From: Candidatus Methanomethylophilaceae archaeon
GTDB lineage: Archaea; Thermoplasmatota; Thermoplasmata; Methanomassiliicoccales; Methanomethylophilaceae
NCBI GenBank assembly: GCA_944320495.1
Contig: CALUHR010000002.1
Location: forward strand, 36,609 to 100,608
Length of the DNA stretch: 64,000 nucleotides
Direction of reading: 5' to 3'
The notes beneath the pieces are model-generated. The model ran no database searches and was not told the DNA's origin. It saw only the letters and a list, made by a program, of their open reading frames with translations. Made by a program: the position numbers and the translations under genes. This document shows positions 9,370 through 19,508 of this stretch, piece by piece. Position 1 is the first letter of the stretch; each line of letters begins with the position of its first letter.

Positions 9370-9927
9370 ATGGCCGACGAGACCGTATCGACCAAGAAGG
9401 CCAACCCGGCGCCCCTGGGGCTCATCGGGTTCGGCATGACCACCGTGCTCCTCTCGCTCCACAACGCCGGAGCCCTCCCGCTCGACGGGGTGGTGCTCGC
9501 CATGGGCGTGTTCGTCGGAGGACTGGCGCAGGTGCTCGCCGGAATCATGGAATTCAAGAACGGCAACACGTTCGGAACCGTCGCTTTCACCCTATATGGG
9601 ATGTTCTGGCTCACATTCGTTGCCACCCACTCCGGCATCGATGGGATGTCCGGTAACGGCGACACCCTCGGGGCCTGGCTCCTCCTGTGGGGACTCCTGA
9701 CCCTGTTCCTCTTCGTTGGGACCCTCAGGGGCAGGAAGTCGAACATGTTCGTGTTCGCCACCCTGACGATAACGTTCTTCCTGCTCGGGATAGGCAACGC
9801 CGGGAGCATCGACATGCTCGTCACCGCCGGCGGCGTCGTCGGGGTAATCTGCGGATTCTCCGCCCTGTACACCGCGTTCGCGGAGGTCCTGGCGGAGCAA
9901 CTGGAGAGGGAGGTCCTCCCCTTCTGA
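9370..9927 (+). CDS. satP: Acetate uptake transporter (GPR1/FUN34/SatP family)
   Basis: NPAPLGL motif, six TM helices, NGNTFG. Confidence 0.9.
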   Translation: MADETVSTKKANPAPLGLIGFGMTTVLLSLHNAGALPLDGVVLAMGVFVGGLAQVLAGIMEFKNGNTFGTVAFTLYGMFWLTFVATHSGIDGMSGNGDTLGAWLLLWGLLTLFLFVGTLRGRKSNMFVFATLTITFFLLGIGNAGSIDMLVTAGGVVGVICGFSALYTAFAEVLAEQLEREVLPF

Positions 9928-9930
9928 GGG

Positions 9931-10272
9931 TCATCCCTCCAGGAGCTGGACGCAGTAGCCGTCCGGGTCCCTGACGAAGTAGAACGTCACCCCGGGGGAC
10001 GGGGATATCGGTCCCCTGAACCCGGGATCCAAACGTGCGGCGAGTTCGCCCGCCCCCTTCACATAGAACCCGATGGAGATGCAGGGGTAATCGACACCAC
10101 CGTCCCCGTCGCCGATTATCTCGAGATGCATTCCGTCCCTCTCCCCGAGCATCGCTATCCTGCGCCCGGGCCCTGCCTCGAAGACCGAGGCCACCGGGAG
10201 CCCGATCCCCTCGGTGTAGAACGTGAGGCTCTTATCGAAATCCGATACATGGATCGTCGTGTGGGCGAACAT
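9931..10272 (-). CDS. VOC/glyoxalase-family protein
   Basis: HTTIHVSDFDKSLTFY...RDPDGYCVQL; own GGAGG RBS just before ATG 10272. Appears fused to the upstream permease under the standard code. Confidence 0.75.
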   Translation of the reverse strand: MFAHTTIHVSDFDKSLTFYTEGIGLPVASVFEAGPGRRIAMLGERDGMHLEIIGDGDGGVDYPCISIGFYVKGAGELAARLDPGFRGPISPSPGVTFYFVRDPDGYCVQLLEG

Positions 10273-10314
10273 GACCTCCAAATCGGCATCATCGGCTTGA
10301 CAGTTGCGACTGCA

Positions 10315-11172
10315 TCGTCCGGACCTGCGGACTGCCATGACCGCGATCGCCATGAACAGGGCGGTGACTGCGAGCGAGTACACCAGGGACGCGACCGCCG
10401 AGAACTCGAATCCTCCCAGCGCCAGGTCGAACCCCATGTCCGTCCTGAAGCCCTCTAGGACATCCGCGGGCGCTCCGGAGAACACGTCCCCAAGGGCCTC
10501 GGAGCACAGCGCCTCACGGAACAGCGCGGCCATCTGGCTGGCCGGGACCAGAGTCCCCACGACCTGCATCGCCTCTGGCATGGTGCCCATCGGCATGTAG
10601 ATGCCAGACAGGAACCCGATCATCACGCTGACCACGGTGAAGAACCCGGAGAACGCCCCGGTGCTCCTGATGAACGACACCATCGCATACACGATTACCG
10701 AACCGGTAAGAGCCGAAGGTACCAGGAGGACGATGCACTCCGCGACACCGGCGGCGGACAGCGGGCAGCCCACGGCGACCAAGTACGCGAGGCATATCAC
10801 AAGAGCGATCAGGCTCATGACCAGGCCGGACGCGAAGGTGCTCAGCACGTGACCACCGACGACCTCCCACCTGCTCAGGGGCGTGACGGCGATGTCCCTG
10901 TCCCTTCCGGACACACGGTCCTCGACCATGGTCTGCAGCGAACCCGCCGAGGCCGTGACGGGGACGATGCCCAGGATGCCCGCCATCACCCATGCGTCGA
11001 TGAGATGGGGCATCCCGTCCATCTCCGGGTACGAGGAGATGAGGATGTCCCTCAGGAACAGCAGGTACAGCAGCACCACGATGAGGACGGCCATCAGCGA
11101 GAACAGGACCGACTGCCTGTCGCGAAGATAGCACAGGGTGTTCCTCTTCGCCAGTGCCAGCATCCCGCTCAT
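10315..11172 (-). CDS. ABC-2 type permease (end placed at in-frame CGA 10315-10317; standard code reads through to 9931)
   Basis: ABC-2 TM pattern, FLSGIYMP; last TM ends ...MAVRRSG then CGA and a 42-nt spacer. Confidence 0.8.
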
Positions 11173-12095
11173 TCCATCTCCTCCCCCGTGATCCTGATGA
11201 ACGCGTCGTCCAGCGTCCCTGTCCTGACCTCGAACGAGGACATCATGCCCTCCAGCCGTCCTAGGACCCCCACCGCATCCAGCGTGGAAACCATGGGGAC
11301 CTCGAAGACCCCGCGAGACTCCGAGTATCCCAGACCCATGGAGTCCAGGACCCCGCGGACGCCCTCCGGGTCCGATGCGGCCACCGTGAGCATGTCCGAG
11401 CAGTACGTCTCCTTGAGGAACTCGGGCGTGCCGTGGGCAACGACCCTTCCGCGGTTGATGACCACCACGTCATCGGCATCGGCCGCCTCCTCCATGTAGT
11501 GGGTGGTCAGCAGGACGGTCATCCCCTCCTCGGAGCTGAGAGACCTGACGGTTTCCCAGATGCGCATCCTCGTCTGAGGGTCCAGGCCCGATGTGGGCTC
11601 GTCGAGCAACAGCAGCCTGGGACGGTGTACCAGGGCCCTGGCTATGTCAGCCCTCCGCCTCTGCCCTCCCGACAGGTCCCCGTACCTGCGGTCGGCGAAC
11701 TCGTCACAGTCCGCCAGCTTCATAGCGTCGAAGACGGCATCGGAGAGCTCGGTGCCCGAAAGACCATACATCCCTCCCCTCAGGGCCAGGTTCTCGCGGA
11801 CGGTCAGGATACGGTCCATCATGGACCCCTGGAAGACCACCCCTACATCGCGCCTCACCGCCGGATCGCCCGCGTCCCTGCCGAACACCTCCACGATACC
11901 TGAATCGCGTGCCAGGGTGGAGCATATGATGGACAGCGTGGTGCTCTTGCCGGCCCCGTTGGGGCCGAGGAAGGCGAAGAACGATCCCGCGGGGACCTCG
12001 AACCCTATGCCGTCGACCGCACGCACGCCGCCATAGCTCTTGACGAGGTCGCGGACGATCAGGGCGGGAACATCTGTGGTTGCGTCTTGGGCCAT
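11169..12095 (-). CDS. ABC transporter ATP-binding protein
   Basis: GPNGAGKST, LSGGQRRR, LLLDEPT, TTHY. Confidence 0.95.
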   Translation of the reverse strand: MAQDATTDVPALIVRDLVKSYGGVRAVDGIGFEVPAGSFFAFLGPNGAGKSTTLSIICSTLARDSGIVEVFGRDAGDPAVRRDVGVVFQGSMMDRILTVRENLALRGGMYGLSGTELSDAVFDAMKLADCDEFADRRYGDLSGGQRRRADIARALVHRPRLLLLDEPTSGLDPQTRMRIWETVRSLSSEEGMTVLLTTHYMEEAADADDVVVINRGRVVAHGTPEFLKETYCSDMLTVAASDPEGVRGVLDSMGLGYSESRGVFEVPMVSTLDAVGVLGRLEGMMSSFEVRTGTLDDAFIRITGEEME

Positions 12096-12228
12096 TGTGG
12101 GACTCCCCCGGGTCGGAACGTGACAGACCGGCGAAACCGGAACACGGACCTCGGATATCAACCAACCGATGGAGTGCTATGGAGAACTGGCTCTTGGTAT
12201 GATGAAAATTGAAGAAAAAGGAAATGAG

Positions 12229-12301
12229 TGCTCCCGACGGGATTTGAACCCGTGTCGAAGCCTCGAGAGGGCTTCATGATTGGCCGCTACACTACAGGAG
12301 C
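12229..12301 (-). tRNA. tRNA-Glu(CTC)
   Basis: Cloverleaf GCTCCTG...; anticodon arm AAGCC-CTCTCGA-GGCTT; GGTTCAAATCC T-arm; TATA-like TTATATAC upstream (12327-12334). Confidence 0.95.
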
Positions 12302-12345
12302 TTGTTAAACCTGGGAATGCTCCCATGTATATAATGTTTTCGGTA

Positions 12346-13128
12346 TCGGAAGTCACTCGGGCGGATCGCAGGCAGTCTCTTGTGCTCCATGGACCTCACC
12401 TGAGCCCTGATTCTGGCGATTTCGGACAGTTCGAGACCCGTGTCTGCGGCGATCTGCGAGTCTGAACAGTCACGCTCGAGATCGAACAGGATGCCGTCGA
12501 GATCCTCGTACCTGATGCCCATCTCCGACTCGTCAGTCTGTCCCTCCCAGAGCCCGGCGGACGGGGGCTTGGCGATTATGTCCTCCGGGACGCCGATGAT
12601 CCTGGCCAGCTGCCTGACCTCGGTCTTGTAGAGGTTGGCGAGCGGAGTGACGTCGCATGCGCCGTCGCCGAACTTCGTGAAGTATCCCATCATGATCTCG
12701 CTCTGGTTCGACGTACCGAACACCAGGTAGTCTCTCTTCTTCGCCATGTTGTACAGGACGATCATCCTGCATCTGGCGGAGATGTTTCCCCTCTCCAGAG
12801 GCGTCTCCTTCCCGGACAACAGGACCGCCGCCAGGGCGTCCACCGCGGGCTGGATGTCGACCACCTTGTACTCGGCCCCCCACATCGAGCTCAGTTCCGA
12901 GGTGACCTTGTAGTCCTCGGCGGGCGTCACACGGGAGGGCATGAAGATGTTGAGCACCCTGTCGGGACCCAGCGCGTCCGCGCACAGTTTGGTGACCGTG
13001 GCGGAGTCCAGACCTCCGCTGAGACCGACCACCGCTCCCTTGCATCCCGTGCGCTCGGCGGTGGTGCGGATGAATGAGACGAGGGCATCAGCATCCTCTC
13101 TGGTGACCTGCGGGATCTTGGACGACAT
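12346..13128 (-). CDS. nadE: NH3-dependent NAD+ synthetase (end placed at CGA 12346-12348; standard code runs into tRNA-Glu, TAG at 12292)
   Basis: GLSGGLDS, GYFTKFGDG, PPSAGLW motifs. Confidence 0.92.
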
Positions 13129-13204
13129 ACCCTCCGGGAATCGTGTGCTGCGGATTTAACGTTGTTCCCGATGGGATTTAAAGGGAGGGCAACGATAAGA
13201 GTTT

Positions 13205-13987
13205 ATGCAAGTGGACATCGCACTGTGCCAGATCCGTCCGATGACCGGATCCCCGGAGATGAACGCAGAGACGGTGGCCAACATGCTGGTATCCCGGGAC
13301 GAGGAGGTCCTGATTTTTCCCGAGTCCTTCCTCACCGGTTACGGGGTGTCGCCCGAAGGCCTGGAGGAGCGCATCTCCGCCGCGCTGACCACCATCTCTG
13401 ACACCTGTCGCAAGTACGACAAGGCGGTGGCCGTGGGAACCCCCATGCCGAGTCCAGAGGGATGGACCAACAGCCTGGCGTTCCTATCTCCCGACGGCGA
13501 CTCATATTACGACAAGATCCACCTCGCCAGGTTCGGCGTGTACGCCGAGGACGGGTACGTCGCCGGCAGGAAGCCGTCGATGGGGTCCTACCACGGCATC
13601 AGGTTCGGATTCAGCATATGCTACGACATCTACTTCCCCGAGGTCCTGCACGGATGCTCCCTGAGACGCGCGGACGTGAACATATGTATCTCCGCGGCGG
13701 CCACCCCGTCCGCGCCTTACTTCGAGACCATCCTGCCCGCCAGGGCCCTGGAGAACGTGACCTACCTCGCGTTCGTGAACAACGTGGGTCCCGCCAACAG
13801 CCTCGTCATGGCAGGGACGTCCCGCGCCGTGGATCCTCTAGGCCGGGAGATCGTGCGCTGCCCCGCCGACACCGAAGCGGTCGAGACCTTCACTTTCGAC
13901 ACGGAAGTTCTCGCGAAGGCCCGTTCCACACGCAGACATCTGCAGGATTTCAGGTCCGACATAGACTGGTTCAGGCAAAGCTTTTAA
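13205..13987 (+). CDS. Nitrilase / carbon-nitrogen hydrolase
   Basis: E-K-C triad: FPES, YDKIHL, ICYDIYFPE; ends TAA. Confidence 0.9.
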   Translation: MQVDIALCQIRPMTGSPEMNAETVANMLVSRDEEVLIFPESFLTGYGVSPEGLEERISAALTTISDTCRKYDKAVAVGTPMPSPEGWTNSLAFLSPDGDSYYDKIHLARFGVYAEDGYVAGRKPSMGSYHGIRFGFSICYDIYFPEVLHGCSLRRADVNICISAAATPSAPYFETILPARALENVTYLAFVNNVGPANSLVMAGTSRAVDPLGREIVRCPADTEAVETFTFDTEVLAKARSTRRHLQDFRSDIDWFRQSF

Positions 13988-14016
13988 TTAGGGGTTCGAG
14001 TTCCCCCAATCCTTAA

Positions 14017-14100
14017 GCCGAGATGGCCCAGCCCGGTAAGGCGCGAGCCTGGAAAGCTCGTGGGAACTTTCCCTCGGGAGTTCAAATCTCCCTCTCGGCG
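14017..14100 (+). tRNA. tRNA-Ser(GGA)
   Basis: CGAGC-CTGGAAA-GCTCG anticodon arm, long variable arm, GTTCAAATC. Confidence 0.95.
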
Positions 14101-14173
14101 CTTCTTCCCATTTTTCCGACCCTCACCCCTATATACGCTCCGCCCATCACCGCCTCATAATAGGTGCGCGCGC

Positions 14174-14665
14174 ATGATAGTGAACGCTGAGCTCTACGTC
14201 AAGGACCTCCCTGGACAGCTGGTCGGCTCCCTCGAGCCCATATCCGTCGTGGACGGGAACATCCTGGGAGTCGTCCACAACCGCGAGAGGATCGTGAACC
14301 ACCGCATCTGCATCAACATCACGTTCGAGGCGGAGGACGACCAGCTCGAGAGGCTCAAGGCCATCTGGAAGTCCAAGGACATCATCATCTCGAAGATCGG
14401 GACCGCCTATGAGACCTTCACCATGGACTACATGCTGATAGGCGATATCGATGCGAGGTACATCGAGAGGCTCATCAACAAGGCATCCACGATAGCGGAC
14501 CTCGACGGTGTCGAGGTCAGCTACTCATCCAAGACCGGGGACTACTCCAAGCGCACCGGCATGCTCTCCGTGAAGACCAAGAGCCAAGAGGACCTGGACA
14601 AGCTTGACGGCTTCCTCGACGACGAGTGCCGCCGCAGCGGCATCACATACGTGAGGGGTGTCTGA
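14174..14665 (+). CDS. ACT-domain protein (homoserine dehydrogenase-associated)
   Basis: KDLPGQL ACT signature; directly upstream of hom. Confidence 0.8.
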   Translation: MIVNAELYVKDLPGQLVGSLEPISVVDGNILGVVHNRERIVNHRICINITFEAEDDQLERLKAIWKSKDIIISKIGTAYETFTMDYMLIGDIDARYIERLINKASTIADLDGVEVSYSSKTGDYSKRTGMLSVKTKSQEDLDKLDGFLDDECRRSGITYVRGV

Positions 14666-14666
14666 G

Positions 14667-15671
14667 ATGAGGGTTTTCATCTGCGGATTCGGAACAGTGG
14701 GACAGGGCTTCTGTGAGGTCCTGGCCGCCCGCCGCCAGTTCCTCATAGACCGCTACGGGGAGCCAGTCACCGTCGTCGGGGCCATGGATTCCAAGACCTA
14801 CGCCTACAACCCGAACGGGTTCGACCCCCTGGAGCTCGTCTCCGTCAAGCAGGGGACGGGGAGGGTCGGCACTGAGACGTACCAGGACTCCGTCGAGGTC
14901 CTCTCCGGAGCGGAGTTCGACATCCTCGTTGAGGTCAGCCCCACCGATGTGAAGACCGGCGGAGCCGGACTCAGGAACATAGAGTACGCGCTCGGCAACG
15001 GGAAGGATGTCATCACGGTCAACAAGGGCCCGCTGGCCCTGAAATTCCGCCATCTCATAGACCTGGCCGAGAGCAACGGATGCTGCCTCCGCTTCGAGGG
15101 ATCCGTCGGCGGCGCCATGCCCATCATCAACCTCTGCCGCGACAACCTGGCCGGAGAGAGGATAGAATCCATACGCGGCATATTCAACGGAACATGCAAC
15201 TTCATACTCAGCAAGATGGACACCGGACAGCCGTTCGAGCAGGTCCTCAAGGAGGCCCAGCAGATGGGCTACGCCGAGACGGACCCGACAAACGACATCG
15301 AGGGGTACGACAGCGCGTGCAAGGTCGTCATCCTCGCCAACGCCGTGTTCGGCCGCGACGTCACGTTCAACGACGTGAGGATCACCGGCATCACATCGAT
15401 CACCGAGGACGCCATCTCCCTGGCCGCCTCGCACAACATGGTCATAAGGCTCATAGGTGAGGTCTCCGAGAGCAAGCTGGAGGTGGGGCCCAGGCTCGTG
15501 CCCAGAGGACACCCCCTCGGCATCTCTGGGACACTGAACACCGCCCAGATCCTGTCCGACCTCGCCGGACCGGTAACGGTCACCGGCAGGGGTGCTGGCA
15601 GGATCGAGACCGCCTCGGCGATACTGAGCGACCTCATATCCATCATGGACGAGAGGGCGAGACGGCGATGA
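14667..15671 (+). CDS. hom: Homoserine dehydrogenase (ends CGA-TGA)
   Basis: GFGTVG, TVNKGP, FEGSVGG, GIFNGT, GYAETDP, GRGAG. Confidence 0.95.
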   Translation: MRVFICGFGTVGQGFCEVLAARRQFLIDRYGEPVTVVGAMDSKTYAYNPNGFDPLELVSVKQGTGRVGTETYQDSVEVLSGAEFDILVEVSPTDVKTGGAGLRNIEYALGNGKDVITVNKGPLALKFRHLIDLAESNGCCLRFEGSVGGAMPIINLCRDNLAGERIESIRGIFNGTCNFILSKMDTGQPFEQVLKEAQQMGYAETDPTNDIEGYDSACKVVILANAVFGRDVTFNDVRITGITSITEDAISLAASHNMVIRLIGEVSESKLEVGPRLVPRGHPLGISGTLNTAQILSDLAGPVTVTGRGAGRIETASAILSDLISIMDERARRR

Positions 15672-17233
15672 GACGTGTATTCATCTACGACACCACGCTC
15701 AGGGACGGCGCCCAGTGCGAGGGCGTCTCGTTCTCCTGCGAGGACAAGCTGGACATACTGAGGAGACTGGACTCGTTCGGGACGGACTTCGTCGAAGGCG
15801 GATGGCCCGGATCGAACCCCAGGGACGACGAGTTCTTCGCCCGCGCATCCAGCCTGGGATTGACGAATACAGCGCTCACCGCCTTCGGCAGCACCCGCAG
15901 GTACGGTGTGCGTCCAGAGGATGACGCGAACCTGAAGGCATTGGCATCCTGCCCAGCCGAGTGGTGCTGCATATTCGGGAAGTCCTGGGACTTCCAGGTC
16001 ACGGAGGCCCTCGGCATCTCTCTTGAGGAGAACCTCGCCATGGTGGAGGACAGCGTGGCCTTCCTCGCATCCAAGGGCAAGAGGGTCATGTTCGACGCCG
16101 AGCACTTCTTCGACGGCTGGAGGTCCGACAGGGAGTACGCCCTGAGGGTCCTCGAGGCCGCCGAGAGGGGCGGCGCCGGGTGGGTGGTCCTCTGCGACAC
16201 CAACGGCGGATCGCTGCCGTCCACGGTGGCGGAGGGGTGCAGGGACGCCATCTCCCGCGTCAGGATACCGGTCGGGATCCACTGCCACAACGATTCCGAT
16301 CTGGCCACCGCCTGCTCGCTCGCCGCCGTGGAGGCTGGATGCACCATGGTCCAGGGGACCGTGAACGGCCTCGGCGAGAGGTGCGGCAACGCCAACCTCT
16401 GCGCCGTCATCCCCGACCTGGCACTCAAGATGGGCGTGGACGTCGGCGAGGCGGACATACCCGGCATCACCGGGCTATCGAAGTTCGTGGGGGAGGTGGC
16501 CAACATGTCACCCTCCCCGGGGATGCCCTTCACCGGCGACCGCGCGTTCGCCCACAAGGGCGGGATGCACGTCTCCGCGCTGGTGAAGAACCCGCGCACC
16601 TACGAGCACGTCGACCCGGCATCGGTGGGCAACGCCAGGAGGGTCCTGGTGTCGGACATGGCAGGGAGAGCGAGCATCTCCGAGAAGCTGAGGGAGCTCG
16701 GCCTCGAGCCGGGCGAGGACAGCCCGGAGATCACCCGCATGATCAAGGAGATGGAGTCCCGCGGATACGAGTTCGAGGGGGCGGACGCCAGCTTCGAGCT
16801 CCTCGTCAGGAGGCTTCGCGGGGACCTCGCCCAGAGGTTCCGCGTGGAGGGCTTCAGGGTGTTCATGGACAGCCGCGAGGGCGGCATGGACTCCGAGGCC
16901 AGCGTGAAGGTCGTGGACGCGGACGGCGTGATGGAGCACACCGCCGCTGACGGCAACGGTCCCGTCAACGCCCTCGACAACGCGCTCAGGAAGGCCCTGC
17001 AGGGCTTCTTCCCGGGACTCAAAGAGATAAGACTGACTGATTACAAGGTACGCGTCCTCGACGAAAAATCGGCCACAAGGGCCAGCGTCAGGGTGCTGAT
17101 CAGGACCACCGACGGGGTCAACAGCTGGACCACCGTGGGCGTGTCCGAAAACGTGATAGAGGCGAGTCTAATCGCACTCATCGATTCCCTGGAATACGCC
17201 CTCATGCTGCAGGGCCAGGAGGAGATACAATGA
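15668..17233 (+). CDS. cimA: Citramalate synthase (LeuA/CimA family)
   Basis: [36 protein letters not shown]. Confidence 0.85.
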   Translation: MRRVFIYDTTLRDGAQCEGVSFSCEDKLDILRRLDSFGTDFVEGGWPGSNPRDDEFFARASSLGLTNTALTAFGSTRRYGVRPEDDANLKALASCPAEWCCIFGKSWDFQVTEALGISLEENLAMVEDSVAFLASKGKRVMFDAEHFFDGWRSDREYALRVLEAAERGGAGWVVLCDTNGGSLPSTVAEGCRDAISRVRIPVGIHCHNDSDLATACSLAAVEAGCTMVQGTVNGLGERCGNANLCAVIPDLALKMGVDVGEADIPGITGLSKFVGEVANMSPSPGMPFTGDRAFAHKGGMHVSALVKNPRTYEHVDPASVGNARRVLVSDMAGRASISEKLRELGLEPGEDSPEITRMIKEMESRGYEFEGADASFELLVRRLRGDLAQRFRVEGFRVFMDSREGGMDSEASVKVVDADGVMEHTAADGNGPVNALDNALRKALQGFFPGLKEIRLTDYKVRVLDEKSATRASVRVLIRTTDGVNSWTTVGVSENVIEASLIALIDSLEYALMLQGQEEIQ

Positions 17234-17502
17234 GCAGAACCATAGTGACCCTGGTCGGCAGGGACCACGTCGGCATCATCGCCGCAGTTTGCAACTTCTT
17301 CGCCGAGAACGACATCAACATCCTCGACATCAAACAGACCACAGTCCAGGACTACATCAACATGATCCTGATCGTCGACACCTCGGGATACACCCAGGGG
17401 TTCGACAAGCTCAACGAGGGTCTGGAGAGGGTCGGCGAGAAGGTCGGCTGCATCATCAAGGCCACGCACGAGGACGTCTTCCAGATGATGCACAGGATCT
17501 GA
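17230..17502 (+). CDS. ACT-domain protein (UPF0237-like)
   Basis: [26 protein letters not shown]. Confidence 0.85.
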   Translation: MSRTIVTLVGRDHVGIIAAVCNFFAENDINILDIKQTTVQDYINMILIVDTSGYTQGFDKLNEGLERVGEKVGCIIKATHEDVFQMMHRI

Positions 17503-17506
17503 GAAC

Positions 17507-18871
17507 ATGGTGGAGCTAAGCGAGGTCTTCGAGACCTACGAGATGGTCTCCCATGAGAACCTGGACGTCAGGACGATCACCATGGGCATCAGCCTGCTGG
17601 ACTGCATCGACCCCGACCTGGACGCCCTCTGCGCCAAGATCCACGACAAGATCGTCAGGCTCGCCGGGAGGCTCGTCGAGGTCGGGGACCAGCTCGGCGT
17701 GGAGTTCGGTGTACCCGTCATCAACAAGAGGGTGTCCGTCACCCCGATCGCCATCGTGGGCGGGGCGGCGTGCAGATCGCCCGCCGACTTCGTGCGCATA
17801 GCCGAGACGCTGGACGCCACGGCCGACGAGATCGGCATCAACTTCATCGGAGGATACTCCGCCCTCGTCCAGAAGGGCATGACCCCCGCCGACAGGATGC
17901 TCATAGAGTCCATCCCCGAAGCCCTGGCGAAGACCGAGCGCGTATGCTCGTCCATCAGTCTGGGATCCACTCGCACCGGCATCAACATGGACGCCGTCAG
18001 GCTCATGGGCGACATCGTCGTACGCGCCGCTGAGGCCACGAAGGACAGGGACTCCATCGGATGCGCCAAGCTCGTCGTGTTCTGCAACCCGCCGGACGAC
18101 AACCCGTTCATGGCCGGGGCGTTCCACGGCGTGACCGAGGCCGATCACGTGATCAATGTCGGAGTCAGCGGACCCGGCGTCGTCAGGGAGGCCCTCACGA
18201 AGGTCCGTGGAAGGAGCTTCGAGGAGCTCTGCGAGACCATCAAGAAGACCGCATTCAAGGTCACCAGGGTAGGCCAGCTGTTCGCCAAAGAGGCGTCCAA
18301 GAGGCTGGACACCCCGTTCGGCATCGTCGACCTCTCCCTCGCTCCCACGCCCGCAGTCGGGGACAGCATCGCAGACATCATCCACGAGATGGGCATGGAG
18401 TACGCCGGGGCCCCCGGGACCACGGCCGCCCTGGCCATCCTCAACGACCAGGTCAAGAAGGGTGGCGTCATGGCATCGTCCTACGTCGGAGGGCTCAGCG
18501 GGGCGTTCATCCCCGTGACCGAGGACAGCGCGATGGCAGAGGCGGCCGAGATCGGCGCCCTCACCCTCGAGAAGCTCGAGGCCATGACCTGCGTCTGCTC
18601 CGTCGGTCTGGACATGATCGCCGTGCCCGGGGACGTCCCCGCCACGTCCATCGCTGGGATCATCGCGGACGAGATGGCCATAGGCATGGTCAACCAGAAG
18701 ACCACCGCGGTCAGGATCATCCCCGTCATAGGCAAGACCGTCGGCGACCGCGTGGCATTCGGCGGTCTCCTGGGAGACGCCGGCATCATGCCCGTCAACA
18801 GGTACGACTGCGCCGACTTCGTAAACAGGGGCGGAAGGATCCCCGCTCCGATCCACAGCTTCAAGAACTGA
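17507..18871 (+). CDS. UPF0210/DUF711 (PFL-like) protein
   Basis: [12 protein letters not shown] start and PAPIHSFKN end; usual partner of the UPF0237 ACT protein. Confidence 0.9.
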   Translation: MVELSEVFETYEMVSHENLDVRTITMGISLLDCIDPDLDALCAKIHDKIVRLAGRLVEVGDQLGVEFGVPVINKRVSVTPIAIVGGAACRSPADFVRIAETLDATADEIGINFIGGYSALVQKGMTPADRMLIESIPEALAKTERVCSSISLGSTRTGINMDAVRLMGDIVVRAAEATKDRDSIGCAKLVVFCNPPDDNPFMAGAFHGVTEADHVINVGVSGPGVVREALTKVRGRSFEELCETIKKTAFKVTRVGQLFAKEASKRLDTPFGIVDLSLAPTPAVGDSIADIIHEMGMEYAGAPGTTAALAILNDQVKKGGVMASSYVGGLSGAFIPVTEDSAMAEAAEIGALTLEKLEAMTCVCSVGLDMIAVPGDVPATSIAGIIADEMAIGMVNQKTTAVRIIPVIGKTVGDRVAFGGLLGDAGIMPVNRYDCADFVNRGGRIPAPIHSFKN

Positions 18872-19032
18872 CCGGGCGGAAGCCCGGCAAACCCCTTCCA
18901 TTCTTCTCTCGATTCTTGCAGAAGGACCGGGTGCTCGGACCGATGATGGAATCATTCAAAAATTAAGGGATTTAAGAAAAGTTTGCTCGGCACCGAAGTG
19001 CCAGAGAATTAGAAGTAGTGAAGTGCACAAGG

Positions 19033-19201
19033 TGGGGGCAGAGGGATTTGAACCCTCGTCAGCGGGTTTCCTCCACCGGGGAGCGACCCCGGATGAATCA
19101 ATGAGTCATCGCTCCAGTTAGTCATCAACTGTCAGCAAACCCATTTTCAATCACTCTCAATAACTGGAGCCCACCAGTCTGCCAGGTTAGCCTATACCCC
19201 C
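19033..19201 (-). tRNA. tRNA-Trp(CCA) with 96-nt intron (19068-19163)
   Basis: 5' exon GGGGGTA...GTGGG-CT-CCA-G; 3' exon A-CCCGC...GGTTCAAATCC...TGCCCCCA. Confidence 0.92.
19068..19163 (-). ncRNA. Intron-encoded box C/D guide RNA of pre-tRNA-Trp
   Basis: D' CTGA (19132-19135), C' TTGATGA (19122-19128), D-like ATGA (19106-19109); guides pair with C39 and C34 by the +5 rule. Confidence 0.85.
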
Positions 19202-19227
19202 TTGTTGAGCGTGATTGCGAGTTGCAA

Positions 19228-19335
19228 TCACTTCTTGCGCATCTTCGCTGCTCTCTTTCTTCTCCTCATCTTCTTCTTGCGCCACTTCCAACGCTGGTTG
19301 CCGCGTTTCTTCCAGGCGCGCGAGCTTCTCTTCAT
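19228..19335 (-). CDS. rpl41e: Ribosomal protein eL41 (eS32), 35 aa, missed by ORF track
   Basis: MKRSSRAWKKRGNQRWKWRKKKMRRRKRAAKMRKK*: RWKWRKKxMRR core. Confidence 0.85.
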   Translation of the reverse strand: MKRSSRAWKKRGNQRWKWRKKKMRRRKRAAKMRKK

Positions 19336-19382
19336 GATCGTTCCTTCCTGAATGTTGTCCCCCGGAGGGGTTGCATCCTAGG

Positions 19383-19457
19383 CGGGCCCGCCGGGATTCG
19401 AACCCGGGGCGTCTGGCTTAGAAGGCCAGCGCTATATCCTGGCTAAGCCACAAGCCC
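19383..19457 (-). tRNA. tRNA-Arg(TCT)
   Basis: CTGGC-CTTCTAA-GCCAG anticodon arm; GGTTCGAATCC. Confidence 0.95.
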
Positions 19458-19508
19458 GCTCTTCCCCTCCATCTGCTAATATGATTTAAAGGTTACTCGG
19501 AGCCAGCA

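Noticed and set aside
9931-11172. Novel ABC permease-glyoxalase fusion
   Set aside because: The internal RBS+ATG, spacer-like linker and in-frame CGA favour two genes.
13991-14007. T-arm-like hairpin GGGGTTCGAGTTCCCC before tRNA-Ser
   Set aside because: No other tRNA arms nearby; probably a terminator hairpin of the nitrilase gene.
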